From Oopsacas minuta (lineage: Eukaryota; Animalia; Porifera), in contig JAKMXF010000338.1 of assembly GCA_024704765.1 (NCBI GenBank), positions 154,878 to 218,877 of the forward strand: a stretch of 64,000 nt of DNA, read 5' to 3'. The notes under the pieces are model-generated. The model had not been told where the DNA came from and did no database searches. It was given only the letters and a program-made list of their open reading frames with translations. Made by a program: the position numbers and the translations under genes. Positions 23,697-37,109 of this stretch are shown here, one piece after another (within the stretch, counting starts at the first letter, position 1; each line of letters begins with the position of its first letter).

Positions 23697-25717
23697 ATAC
23701 CCCTTCTTGATTGGAGATTATCACACCTTTAAAATGATTTTTTATTGTTTGCTATCTGTCAAAAGTAAAGTGGTGTCCTAAGATAGGGCATAGCTGAACT
23801 GATGGTCCTAGCGGGACGAAACACCAATATTATATGTATCTATTCAAAAAAAGATATTATATGAATCTTTAACTTCAATTATCTCAAAACGATGTTTTTC
23901 GCCATAAAGTCTAATGTTTTTTGAGGAAAGACTGATTCTTATGCTCTGAAAATTTGGGGAAGCATTATACAATCTTTTGCCTGAAATCTAGACCACATTT
24001 GGAATGAATTAACGAATAATTCCAATGATATCCCACCCTAAGTCCTGCGGACTTCGGTCTTTAGTCTATTTTTCCCTAACCCCACATAAAGCGTTTATAT
24101 CTTCTTAATGAGAAGGTACTCGTGCTAATTGTGGTCCAGAAATTAGAACAACATATTGTTAGCATATATAACAATTTATAGGTCTTAGGCAATAGTCCTT
24201 CTTCAAAAAATATTAAGTGATACGAGGGCCAGTCCAAAAGTTTGTCGTACACAAAAAACAATAACAAATTTAATCAAACTTTCACAGTTTCCCAAAGTAA
24301 CGACCACAACAATATATGCAAAGTTGCATACGATGAAACCAACTATCAAAACAACTATGCCATTTTTCCTCTGGCTGGCTCCAAAGGGCCTCTTCAAATG
24401 CCAGACGAGCCTCTTCAGGACTCTCAAACCTTATTCCACGGATCTTTTCCTTGATTGTTGGGAACAAGAAAAATCGCATGGAGCTATGTCTGGAATGTAA
24501 GGTGGATGCGATACCAACTGGACCGAATTTTCAGCCGGGAAGTCCAATATTTTGGCTATTGTGTGTGCATATGCATTATCGTGGTGAAGGAGAAGTCCTT
24601 TGATCGGGTCTTAGGGCGACGAGAACTCCAAGCTTCGTAAGCCTTGGACAGGCAATTGTTAATGTACCAATCAGTATTGTCGATACGACGATCCTCGAGA
24701 GGAATTATTGTAACTTGGTCAGTCTTACAGAAAAAAGCAACCACCATCTTCTTCCCAACGCTGCGACCCCGGCGAACTTTAACAGGGGGATCTTCGCCAG
24801 AAAACACCCAGATTGAAGATTGCCGCTTTGTTTCCTGATCGTACTGATAGATCCATGTCTCATCACATGTTAGTATGTCGTTAACTCGTTTAGACTCTCC
24901 TCCTTTAAATTTCTTGAGCATAAACTTGCACTATTCTACCCTTGCCTCTATTTGTATTTCGGGGAGATTATGAGGGATCCATCGGTCCGCAAGCCTTCTG
25001 ACACCAAGATAATCATGTAGGATAGTTTTGATGGCGGTTTTCCCGATCTTTAGGGTCTCGGGAAACTGCTCATAGTTAATGCGGCTATCCTCCCTGATTA
25101 ATGTCTCGGCAGCAGCAATAGTCTCTGGAGTGACGACGGTTGAAGGTCACCAGGCCTAGCCTCATCTTGTAATGACGTTCTCTCCCTCCTGAAATCTAGA
25201 TATCAACGCTCCACTGTCCGCTTAGATGGAACTTGATCTTGGAAAGCTTCCACCAAGTTATCATGACTCTGCTCCACTGATATCTTACGCATAAAGTCAC
25301 AAAACATCATGGCTCTAAAATCCCTTCTTTCCACTTCCATTCAGTATAATAAAATCTGTATATAGGCTATTGATAAAATAGCGTTACTCAGGACATAAGT
25401 GTTGAATATAGCTCAAATTAATAGTAGAGTCATTATATATATCTAAGTATATAGTGTTATATTTATTTGATTGAAGACAAAATAGAACCTTTGTACGACC
25501 AAACTTTTGGACTGACCCTCGTATGTCCCGAACTTTAATGTTACGCCTATGGGATGACTTTTGACCTCTTTTCATTCCCAATTCGTAATACACACTGGAT
25601 ACATCGGGGTTCATGATTATTATCTCTTAGTTTAGCTAGTACGACGAACTGGAAAACATTAAATCAGTCGAATGGCCTATACTTTGAAAATAGCCCATGC
25701 CGTAATACAAAGGTCGC
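23697..25717. repeat. unclassified dispersed repeat, copy A (interrupted by a mariner)
   Basis: Reverse-complement homology to 38950-39678, which shows the empty TA site (AAAATATGTCCCG). Confidence 0.7.
24223..25521 (-). mobile_element. mariner element, decayed
   Basis: TIR CGAGGGCCAGTCCAAAAGTTTG / CAAACTTTTGGACTGACCCTCG, TA TSD; ILTCDETWIYQYD, FFLFPTIKEKIRGIRF. Confidence 0.9.
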
Positions 25718-26082
25718 GGCGAGTCTCTTTAACCGGATATGAATTATGTTCGCTTAATTTAGATTTTTATCCCAATTTTACGATTTTATAATTATTCAGA
25801 ATCATTGTAAAATGGTTTGTTCTAAAACTAGGAATTTGAATATTATCTACATCCATAACAATACAACACCAATACGATTACCAATTACTAAACTAAGATT
25901 ATTAACATTGCTCACCTGCCTCAGGTTCCTTTGGCTATTCCACCTTGTATAATTCCCACAAGATTGACCACACAGTTGGATATTCAAACGTTTTGCATGG
26001 GTTGCAGTAATAAGCACATGCACTATTATTTAACATAAATCAAAATCAAATTTTCCACACGGTTTCTAAATATGGCCATCAG

Positions 26083-26730
26083 GGGCCTTATTGACTAAAA
26101 TTCCTTGGTCAAATTCTTAGAATTTTGCTTAACTTCAAGTTAAATCCTTAGAATCAGTCTAAGAATTCGAACAATTCTAAGAAAAATATTTAGTGAGGTA
26201 AAGAGGACACTTAGCTTGTCATTTATTCTACTTTTCTATGAAAGTATAATCAATACGCATTTATTTACAAAGAAGATTGTTTATCGGTAAGACAATATGT
26301 TTGATTATCATATCTACATGTTGCAATACCCGCAGCATAGAACTATAGTCGGATTACATACCAAATATATTTAGATGCTATTTCTTGACGTCACTCTGAA
26401 TTGTATTATGACATCAATGAATGTATTTATGTGATTAAATTATCTCTAATATATTTTGAAACATAATAGTGTTGTATCTAAACTAAGGTAAATAAAGTCA
26501 ATGTCTTTTCAGTGACCTCCTGCAAAAATATACGCAATCTATGCAATTTTATCCATTTACATATATTATCATATTTAGTGATAACTATAAATAATAATAA
26601 AATGTTAATTAATTATGATAATATCTTAACAATCGTTCGCATTATGACCACTGAAAAATCGAAAACTCGTTCAAAGAATTTCACTCAGGATGAGATAATG
26701 TCACTCATGGATCTCATTCATCCCAAGTTT
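26083..26730 (+). mobile_element. PIF/Harbinger left end and start of a Myb/SANT-like gene
   Basis: CAG|GGGCCTTATTGACTAA terminus with CTTAG/CTAAG subterminal repeats; MTTEKSKTRSKNFTQDEIMSLMDLI resembles the Harbinger Myb/SANT start. Confidence 0.55.
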
Positions 26731-27294
26731 CGTCACCTGCTACTTTCTCAAATAACCTTCTGGAGTCAGCTCGATCAAACTCAGAGAGCAATTTAGCAGC
26801 GCATTGGACCCTCTTTGCTTTCTGGGCCTGAGTTAGTAAATGCGGCACCCATCGAGCACATATCTTTCGGAATTTCATATTATCATGTACAATAGCTTGA
26901 ACAGTTCCCGTTGAGATCCCGACCGCATCAGCTATCTCCACAAGCTTGATATGTGGGTCTTCTTCAAATAACGCGGATACCTCAAGGATATTTTTGTCAC
27001 TGGCGCTGGAAACTGGTCTCCTATTCTTGCCCCATCTTCAATGGTTACTATACCTCCACGAAAGCGTCTAGCCCAATCAACAACAGTGAAATATGGAAGT
27101 GCTGTAACCTTATAAACTTCCTCTAAATCTTTGTGGACATCTGTTGGTGAAACCTTGAGCAGTGTTCTGATCTTCACAAATGCTCTCTGCTCAATTTCGA
27201 AATCTGTACTTTTGAAGCCATTTAAAATGTTACTATAAAAACTATCAAAGTGTAAATAGGTACGTACAATATTGGAACGGGAAATCAGAATCAA
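26714..27294 (-). pseudogene. mariner transposase N-terminal fragment
   Basis: EQRAFVKIRTLL..SPTDVH HTH, KICARWVPHLLT, AGDETW. Confidence 0.8.
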
Positions 27295-28109
27295 AAACGC
27301 TTTGCATTATTGAATTCAAAATGGATGGATTGTTATTAGAAAATTCAGTTTGATCTGGGTCGAAATATCCCGATCTACAAAATTTGGAATAAAGAATACT
27401 TATGGGACCCCCGTAGTAAATTCTATGGTGCGAAAATTGATAGTTAATTAAAATGATTTGTATAGTTTAGTAGCACAATTTCTATTTTGCGAAATTTGAA
27501 ATCGGTATATTCTTTTGAATAGTTGTTGCAATGTATGGACTTGCTTGGTCTGCACACTGGTTTATGGGCATGCTATAATATAATGTTCTCTTCTGGTTCT
27601 TTACTAAATACGAAATTAAACATAATGAATATGTTGCAGTGGATTAATTACCATTATTATATCATTGTTATCAACATTGTAATTGTTCACCATCCTTTGA
27701 AAAAGTATTTGAGTTGCTAGCATCTAGAAATGAAGGAATATCAATAATAAATATAAAATAATATGACATAATTTGTGATAATATTACAATGTATGCTGAA
27801 GAAAATACTATTAAACACATAAATACTCAAGCACAAGGAAAGATATACTTATCTTCTTGAATACTGCTGTATTATACAATGATTTTGATTCCAAGGTTCG
27901 TCATTATATTACCAATAATGTATTATATGTAAATTCTATATGGAAACATTGTGGGTCTCAAGTTCGAAACACGGACTATATCCTTAATTCCATTGGTGAC
28001 AAATGATGATCCTAAATTCTATAAAAGTACTTTACATATCCATCCGCGCTCTGAGTATATCCCAGTTAACTTGAGAAAATCAGATAACTCGTACACATTT
28101 GTTGCATTT

Positions 28110-30310
28110 ATGATCACCATCAGTGCCTTACCAAATTGTTTCTTAATATTCGTTCCGTTCATCTCAAACCAAACGACAACATCTATTTCCTTTCTCACGA
28201 TGGTTATCATTATGGAATTATCCAATCTATCCATTCTTCTCCTTTTATCGGGAGATATTGAATTGAACCCTGGTCCTACCGGAGGAGAAGAGTTCATGAA
28301 AATTCTCGACGAGAAGAAACGGGCTGATTCAGCCATTAATACATTCTCACCTGAAGAAGTAGAGCAAAGAATCTACACCCTGATATCACAGAAACCTACA
28401 GAAAAAACATGCAAGACAAAAGTGACAAAGGGTTCAGAATAAATTTAAACTTGTTTCATATCAAAGTGTTGAAACCCTATACCTTCGTGAAGCAAACAGA
28501 CACAATGCCAAAAGAGTATTGGTGAGTAATGAAATGTACGAATTCTTAGAAGAATTTCACGTAAAATCACGAACATTCAGGAAGGACAAAATTGTATAAG
28601 AGAGTTACTCAATATTACTTTGGAGTTACTGAAGAACTGTGTGATTTTTATGTCAAAATGTGTCCAACTTGCCATCTAAAAAGTGGAAAGAAATCCACAA
28701 AGTCTGTAGTTACCAAGCCAATCGTATCAAGAAATTACCTGAGCAGAGCTCAAATTGATCTCATAGATTTCAGAGGTATGAATCTGGTGAAAACAGGTCA
28801 CCAGATGGAGTCACACCCTATAAACACCTTTTTGTCTATATTGACCATTTTACCAAAACAATAAACTTGGTCACATTTGTTAAAAAACAACAGAAAATGT
28901 TCGTGATATTTTAATTGAAATATTCTGCGATCAAGGCCCACCTCTAATATTACATTCTGATAATGGAGGGGAATTCTCAAATCGCCTTCTATTCGAAACT
29001 TTGCGAGATACTTGGCCCTCTATAAAAATTGTGCATGGCAAACCCAGGCATCCTGAGTGTTAGGGGACAGTAGAGCGTGTGAATAGAGAAGTTAAAGACG
29101 GATTATTTGCCATGATGCATGATAATAATGATCAATGCTGGGTAAAGTATTTAAAGTCGGTAAATTTAACTACAACACAAGTTACCATACAACCATTCGA
29201 ATGACGCCATTTGAAGCTGTGTATGGCAGACCTCCATTCTTCTGACTCGCCACTCTTAATGTTCCTAAAGAACATTAGGTGTGATTAATAACAAAAACGA
29301 TTTGAAAAACTTTCAACAAACCTCTGTTGCTGATCCAATATCAGCATTTGTTGATGAACTATCTCAACCATCTAACTTGTTTGATAACGAAGTGCCTACA
29401 TATACAGAAGAGTATCTTAATGAACCACAATCTCCATATATATCTAAGTTCCCGCCTATTTCCGACGATTATGAATTCTCAATATTGGATACAGTTCCAC
29501 CTGGCACAATTATCGATGGTATAGAATATAACAGTAATTTTGAAACCCTAACATCAAGTATTCCAGTAATTCTGGAGGATCAAATTAGAGCTCTTGAGTC
29601 AGGTAATTTAGTTTCTGAGAAAGAGTTTCCCATGGACGTCTATCTAGTAGTTCACCAATAGTTTCAAATATAAATCCAGTCAATTCAACTAACTTACTCT
29701 ATGCTGTATGTGAGAATGAAACAAATGGAGGACACTCTTGGCCTGAGTAATGTCGTTTCGTCCACGTACCTTGCGGAATTCAACAAGGGGAAGAGGGATT
29801 TGGGTGCTCAGTGTGGTGTCAAGGTTGTTTTCTCAAAGAAAGGAGTACAAATACCTATCATTTACGAAAAGGAATAAAAAGAAATATAGAAACATTTCAT
29901 GATCGTATGCTAAAGTCAAGTGGGAAAAAATTCAAACCAGCTGAAATCTGTGATACTGTGCTTATACCCATTTCCCGACCTGATAAGATGAGTTCGATTT
30001 GGCCACGCAATCTTATGGGTCATATTATCGACGCACAGGATTCTGTTTATACTGTAGCTACATCACATGGCACTATTTCCTCTGGCTATGCAAGGAATCA
30101 GTTAATGTTTGTCCATCCAGAATCCGTGCAAATGAGTCTTGCCATACTTCTATAGTCAGTGAAAAGGAAGCAATGCAAAGTGCTTCTCTGGGCCTCAGTG
30201 GTTCAGCATGTAGATGTAAGCACTGAGAACACTAAGGTGCCCTTGCAAGAAATCAGGTAGAAGTTGCAACACTAAATGCCATAAGGGTCACACTTGTTTT
30301 AACAAGTTCG
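28110..30310 (+). mobile_element. Ginger2/TDD-type (KRBA2/SCAND3-like) integrase gene, decayed
   Basis: HHCC region (SGRTKLY...CPTC), RAQIDLIDFR, LHSDNGGEFS, GKPRHPEC.GTVERVNRE, YHTTIRMTPFEAVYGR, C-terminal CRCK..CPCKKSGRSCNTKCH; termini not identified. Confidence 0.8.
28200..28277 (+). other. 2A-like (StopGo) ribosomal skipping motif
   Basis: MVIIMELSNLSILLLLSGDIELNPGP matches D(V/I)ExNPG-P with an upstream hydrophobic helix; in frame with the start of the integrase. Confidence 0.8.
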
Positions 30311-30603
30311 CATAACATGCTACTAGTAGAGAGAATAGTCATTACGTATAACACAAGTCATCACTTAATATTTATTAGAACTTTTAAATTGTCATATAAG
30401 TAGTTTATAATAAGAATACAATAAAGATTTCTTGCTCAGTCTCAAAAGTATTTTAAATTGAATAATACAGACACTTCGCTACACGAGTAGTCGAGTAGAT
30501 TATAAATAATTTGGTGTGTTGGACAATTTGGAATTACTATGTAGTAATGGGGCGAAGTTAACAGTTGTAACGTAACTAGATACGAACAAGAGTCTAGTTC
30601 ATA

Positions 30604-31140
30604 CTAGGGCGTTCAATAAGTCTTGCGTGTGATATCATAGAATATGATACAAACACTATACACACTAATTCACTATATTATTTATTCACAGAAATCCCCC
30701 CTGCAGATACACAAAGTTTTAAACTTTCCACCCACTTGTAAACACATTTCTGTGCTCTTCTTCAGGGGATGGATTTGAACTACTTGTACAGGCCCGTTCC
30801 GAGTGGTCGTAATGTGTTAAAATCTTTGCCTTGAAGGTAGATTTTAAGCTTGGGGAATAGCCAAAAATCACACGGAGATAGGTCTGGTGAGTATGGTGGA
30901 TGGGGAAATAATTCTAACACTTCTACATCAAAGAAATATTTGGTAAGCTTAGCTGTTTGGGAACTGGCGTTATCAATTCCAATCTTCATTCCTCAAGTTC
31001 CGGTTTTGGGGCGGTACTTTTCTATATTTTTTACCAAATTTGGAAGCACTTGCTCGGAAAAGAAAGTAGCAGTAACAGCCTTGCCACTCTCACAAGGTAA
31101 TTGCCAGACAATTCTATGACTACTGAAGAAGATTGACTTG
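30604..31140 (-). mobile_element. mariner 3' fragment with one TIR
   Basis: PHPPYSPDLSPCDFWLFPKLK..LQGKDF; terminus CTAGGGCGTTCAATAAG. Confidence 0.75.
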
Positions 31141-31337
31141 AAAATCTCAAATTTAGATGCTCAATAACTCCATCTATGTAGGGAATCCCAATTTTTTGTC
31201 TGTTTTAGTTACAGGTACTTTCACTTGTAAGATTCGAAGAAGTACTCATAGTTACACAAGATTCATCATATGATATACTGAGAATTCCTTTAGACGAATT
31301 TCTTGGTTTAGAACAAAGGATAGACCTTATTACTAGG

Positions 31338-32800
31338 ATGGAGAATGGTGAACCGCAAACAAGCGTCTGCAAAAGACTAAATATCTCAAAGTCGACGGTG
31401 AATTCAATATGGAAAAATAGGGAAACTCTCAAACGTAGCTATGACTCGTCTGAAATCAGTGTTGACTGTAAGCGGATCCGATCATCGAATTTCACTCAAG
31501 TGGATACAGCTTTACTAGAATGGTTTAAGCAGGCAAGAAATTGTAATATTCCTATAACCGGCAAAATACTGATGGAAAAGTCCCAGTTCTTTGCTACTGC
31601 CATGAATGTTTCAACTTTTAAAGCCACTACAGGTTTCATCGATAGGTGGAAGAGAAGACATTCTATAGGGATGAAACAAATTTCTGGTGAAGAGAATCAG
31701 TTTCAGAGGAGAGCATTCGTCCTTGGTTGGATATCACTCTGCCAGAATTGCTCTTGAAATATACACCAGAAAATATCTACAACGTAGATGAAACTGCGCT
31801 ATTTTACAAGTTACGGCCAGAGAGGACGTTGACTTTCAAAGGAGAAAAGTGTAGTGGTAGTAAGAAACAGAAGGACCGTCTTACAGTGCTTGTTGGGGCC
31901 AGTATGGCTGGTGAAAAGCTTCCACTTCTAGTCATTGGAAAATCTAAGTCACCAAGGTGTTTTGCGGGTATTAGATCGTTACCTTTAGGCTATATTTCTA
32001 ATGCGAAAGCTTGGATGACGGGAAATTTCTTCCAGCAATGGCTGGAAAAGTGGAATAGAAAAATTGTATCCACGAAACGTTCTGTCCTACTCATAATAGA
32101 CAATTGTCCCGCGCACCCTCGTAATCTTGAGCTTTCTAACATTTCTATCAAATTTCTGCCACCAAACACCACTGCAAAGTTACAGCCTTGTCATTAAGGC
32201 ATTATACAATCCCTGAAAGTTCATTATCGACACCAATTAGTGAAGAAGCTACTTTCATCGATGGATGCTAAGGAAGAATTGAAAATAACAGTTCTTGATG
32301 CTATGCAGTGGCTGAAGGTTTCATGGGACAAAGTAACAGCCACGACCATTCAAAATTGCTTTCATCATTGTAGCTTTAGTCTTGGATCAAATACTGCAGA
32401 AATATCAATTGTCTCAGATGAAGGGCCTGAAAGTATTACATATGAGGAATTGAAGAGCCGTGAAATTAATGTTGAAGGTTCATTTGAAGAATATGCTATT
32501 ATTGACAATGACGTCCCTATTTGTGGCATTCTTACAGATAATGAAATTACAGCAATGCTTCAGGGTGACGTTACTGAAGAACCATGTGTAATAGAATATG
32601 ATGTGGATGATAATACTATTGTGTGCCCAAGCGTGTCAGAATATCATGATGCTCTGAAGATTGTTAAGCGCTACGTGACCTGTAATTCCAAAAGCTGTCT
32701 TCTCAATGCTATTAACGAGATGGAAGAACTAATCTATACTTGTAGTGTGAAGCAAAGTTCACTTTCCGATTTTTACACTAGCCAAAAAAAAATAAAATAA
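31338..32800 (+). pseudogene. pogo/Tigger (CENP-B-like, TIGD4/6-like) transposase, frameshifted
   Basis: psq HTH plus CENP-B HTH; NIYNVDETALFY, KDRLTVL, SNAKAWMT, LLIIDNCPAH, FLPPNTTAKLQP. Confidence 0.9.
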
Positions 32801-33466
32801 ATAAAAACTGAAGAGTTTGTTTACAAGAATCATTCTATCACTATTTAAAGACTACTAGCTCTATGAATGCTTGAATTTGATTGGCTGTTCGTTCGAGAAT
32901 AAAGTGTCTCGTTTGAGTACTAGTGCTCACAATATTGTTTCTATGGAATAAAGAAACAGCAAATAATGGACAAATTATGAATGTGTGTTTACGATAACTA
33001 ACTAATATCCAAAGATTCTTTGTAGACAAACAATTTTGAACAGAACTAAAATTGTAGAAAACATTCATTGTCACCCATTCCCCAAAGGAAATGTCACAAA
33101 TCATAAATACCATTGGAGATTGATAAAAGGAAGTCGCGATCAAAAGGGAATACAGCAAGGAGATAGATATACAGTTTCGTAACAGGGGAATTTCTATGCA
33201 CTATGTGAGAGACAATGGGGTGAGACAATACGATGAGCCATAGGATACTATGCAACGTGAATACTCACATAATGGGATCAAACAATATAATAAGTAATTG
33301 GTTACTATATGACGTCAATATTCACATAGGAACAACGCTTGGATCAAACTTGGTTGATTTTAGTTTCTGAGAGACCACCGCGCTTTAGTTCAAACACTTT
33401 TGGGTTGAATTCTAAAGGAAATTCTCTAAGTGAGGCTTGTGCTAGACTACCACTATTTTTTTTCCA

Positions 33467-34126
33467 CTAAACTGTGATTGTGGAAAAGTTAGCATGCGTA
33501 ATTGCCCATCCTTCAACACAATCTTCGATACGAATATTGTAAGGACAGTTAGTTCTCTGAGTAGCGGTCATATGTACATCATTGTGTAACCTCATTTTTC
33601 TTGATTTGTAACAAGATAACATTCTTTGTTTCCCCTTCCTCGATGTTTGTCTGTAGTTAGAGGTCCAAACAAGATTGATTCGCCCCCGAGGAGTTGTAAA
33701 GTCACTAGCCCATGTATTTAATTCCATTTTTGCTGTTGCATGTGAGTCCCACGGTCCTTTAGGCATATCATCAGATAATCCAACAGATCTGATCCGCCTT
33801 AAATCAACAATTGTTCGACGAAGGCCAAATAATGTTGTTATTCTGTCAGATCTGGCATAATCCTCAACTGAGGTGTGACTTTGTAAACCTTCAGTCTCCT
33901 CAGCGAAAACATTTTCTGTATTTTCACCAATAAATTGAGGAAATTTAGATATACAAGTTTCATCATCATCATCATATACATAATAATCGAATGATATAAT
34001 CGCATCCTTTTGGTTATCGTCAGGTACTGAGGGTGAGGTCCTTTGAAAATCAAGTGTATAAATTTGGGCAGTAATAACAGCAAAATAATCTTCATCGTTA
34101 TAATAAATTGGCTCTGCCATATACAA
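33467..34126 (-). CDS. FAR1/WRKY-GCM1-like zinc-finger fragment (MULE-related N-terminus), truncated
   Basis: 219-aa ORF with an acidic N-terminus and ...LSC..SRK...TQRTNCPYNIRI...WAITHANF resembling the FAR1 DNA-binding domain. Confidence 0.45.
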   Translation of the reverse strand: MYMAEPIYYNDEDYFAVITAQIYTLDFQRTSPSVPDDNQKDAIISFDYYVYDDDDETCISKFPQFIGENTENVFAEETEGLQSHTSVEDYARSDRITTLFGLRRTIVDLRRIRSVGLSDDMPKGPWDSHATAKMELNTWASDFTTPRGRINLVWTSNYRQTSRKGKQRMLSCYKSRKMRLHNDVHMTATQRTNCPYNIRIEDCVEGWAITHANFSTITV

Positions 34127-35659
34127 TCCGTATACAAATAACAGTATTTTGCAAAAAGGAAAATGAAATGTATGTTAAGAATTTTGAGCGGTAATAATTA
34201 ACTTTCAATGTTGCAGAAATAAAAGAACAGAAGTGCAAAATATATACTTAACTTTCGAGTAATAATACTATTTTCAACTGTTGTAATGTAGTAGATTTAA
34301 GCTTTGATGTGACGCCTTTTGTTGTGTTTCCACGTATGCTGTGTATCTGTAAATAATAAAGTATTCATGTGTGTCTGTATTATGCATTTGCTGGTGAGCT
34401 GTTAGATATGTAGAAATGTAGAAAATAAATTGTAGATATGTAGAATATGAAGGGATTGGGTTGTAGGTAGGATGTAGAAATTGAGTTGTAGGAATGTAGA
34501 AAATTGAGCTGTAGGAATTTCTTTGTTGTTTGATTTGGTTATGTTTTGTTATTGTAGCATTTGTTGTTAAATTTGTTGTTAGACTTGACTGACTGACTCA
34601 GGGTAAAGCCTCAGGGTGAAGATGGTATAAGAGACTAAAGAGCTGAGGAGTAGAGGTGAAGGTGAGAGGTGAAGATTTGAAGGTACAAAGGTCTGAGTAA
34701 TGTTGTATTTGTTTTATATTTGCACAATGTTGTTGTAGTTGCAGCTTTTGTAGTGTGCTGTGATGTTTGTTATTTGTTGTTGTAGTTTGTTTGTTGATAG
34801 ACCTTGATGTTGGACTTGGTGTAAAAGACTAAAGAGCTGAAGGCTGTGGAAGTTGTTTATTGAAAAATGGTCTATTGAAGTTGAAGAGTGAGTGATGTAA
34901 TCCTTGTTAATCTTCTTCAGTTTTCTTCTCTAGTAAACTTCCTTGGTATCCTGGCAATTATATGGTGTACTGTACATGCTGGGATAGAGTGTTAGTACTT
35001 GCCATCTGATTGCGCCGCCCAGTTGCCTCTTCACTAGGTTGTGTTTCTCCGCGTATTTAAGGGTAGCCGAGTCGTTATTCGCGGTGCTCAGCATTACGTG
35101 TAGGCTGTTTGGTTCGCGGTTCTCGTCTTTACCGTAGTGCAATAGATAGAGCATACGCAGTCGGGTACAGGGGATCACTGGTACTGCCAAGTGTGCTGAG
35201 ACCAGGGTGTCATAGGAGTTGAACATGATGCACGTTTGTGTTGGGCAGTGGGTGTAATTGTTCTGGTGAGTACTTTTCGGACACTGATAGCATTGTAGCC
35301 CTTTTAGCGGTGCAAGAGGAATGTTGGGAATAAGATGGTAAGCTGTGATCTAAAGAGGTTGTAGTTGTGCTTTGGATGGGCGCGTTTGGCTATAGGTGTA
35401 CTTCAGGATTGGCTTGTACTCGAATGGTTCCCTGTCGGATGTTGTTAAGAAGTAGCAAATGTTCACCAGTTTCCTATGACCTCCTTCAGGTTATGTCCCT
35501 GCCTTCCTGGTGATGGCAAGTATCGATGTACTTGCACTAGTTCATTTCTAGTTTGTTTGGTCAGAGACTGATTAGTTATTGTTTAGGATTATATCTGTTA
35601 GTATATTTTTGTGTTTTTGTTTGATTAGCTTGTTGGATTATTCTCATTTGTGTGTATGG

Positions 35660-36150
35660 CAGGGTGGACCATGGGTCACCATTGGTGACCCATGACCCAT
35701 CTGACCCATCGTATCCGAGACTCATGACCCATTGACCCATTGACCCAGGACCCATCCGACCCATTGACCCATCAACTGACCCATTGACTCATTATGTGAC
35801 TCAATTTCTAAAAATCTAATCAGATAGTAGTAACAACACACACGAAACTCAGTCTATACTAGTAACAACCATAATTAAATGATGCTAATCAATTAAACTA
35901 TTATTGTTAGTATAAGACTAAATGGTATACGACTAAATGGACATAATAAACCATGGATAATCTGTTGGCATGTCTTAAGTATTTTTTGAAAATATCGCAA
36001 TAATTATGAGTGATTTGCAAACTGAATAATCCATAAAAATTCCACATGGGTCATGGGTCACGGAGCCGTGACCCATGACCCATGTGACCCATCGATTTAC
36101 GTGACCCATCTGACCCATGACCCATGACCATCGACCCATGGTCCACTCTG
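35660..36150. mobile_element. non-autonomous hAT MITE (491 bp)
   Basis: TIR CAGGGTGGACCATGGGTC / GACCCATGGTCCACTCTG; perfect 8-bp TSD GTGTATGG; many GACCCAT subterminal repeats. Confidence 0.92.
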
Positions 36151-36162
36151 GTGTATGGATTT

Positions 36163-36822
36163 AGTGAACGATCTCGGAGGAAGTCAAGTCTGTTTTGAAG
36201 TAGATTTGAGTGTTCTGAAGGATTGATTTTTATGGGATAGTAGCTGAGAAGTGACTGAAATGGGTGGCTGAGTGGATTAAAGGAAGATGAGTAGTTGATG
36301 GAGGCAGTTCAGTTTTCCTTTTATTTCTATTCATTCTGGAATCTGAGGGGGGCTCAGAATTTTAGGAAAATAAGGAAAGGAGCGATAGTGTCTTCCTAGT
36401 ATTATAGAACACACATTCAGGACAAGTTCAAGTAACTCAATGACAAGCAAATGAAGTCAATTATTGAAATGACAAGCGTACTTGATGGAGGCAGAGGCAG
36501 TGGCAGTTTTGCTTACATTAGTTAATCAGTGAACGATCTCTTAGGAAGTCAAGTCTGTTTTGAAGTAGATTTTAGTGTTCTGAAGGATTGATTTTTATTG
36601 GATAGTAGCTGAGAAGTGACTGAAATGGCTGGCTGAGTGGATTTAAGGAAGTTGAGTAGTTGATGGAGGCAGTTCAGTTTTCCTTTTATTTCTATTCATT
36701 CTGGGAATCTGAGGGGGCTCAGAATTTTAGGAAAATAAGGAAAGCAGCGACAATATCTTGCTAGTATTATAGAACACACATTCAGGACAAGTTCAAGTAA
36801 CTAAATGACAAGGAAATGAATG
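36163..36822 (+). repeat. tandem duplication, ~365-bp period, two copies
   Basis: AGTGAACGATCTC...GTCAAGTCTGTTTTGAAG... starts at both 36163 and 36528. Confidence 0.85.
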
Positions 36823-37109
36823 AAATGAGAAGTAACGTCAGGGGCACAAATGAGTCAAGGAGATGTAATGTAGATATGTAAACCTTTTGCACAGTTGTGA
36901 TTATAAGGTAACATGGAAATTGTAGTTTTGAAACATCTAAGTAGGGTATTGGTCTTTGTAGTTTTGAAACATATAAGTAGGATGTTGGTCTTTGTAGTTG
37001 GGATATTTATTTGTGAAATGTATCAAGTATCGCATTTGAATTGGGAGCTAGTTGTTGCATTATGAAAACTATAAATTGGTGGCGGTTATTGATATTCCAA
37101 AGCAAGAAT

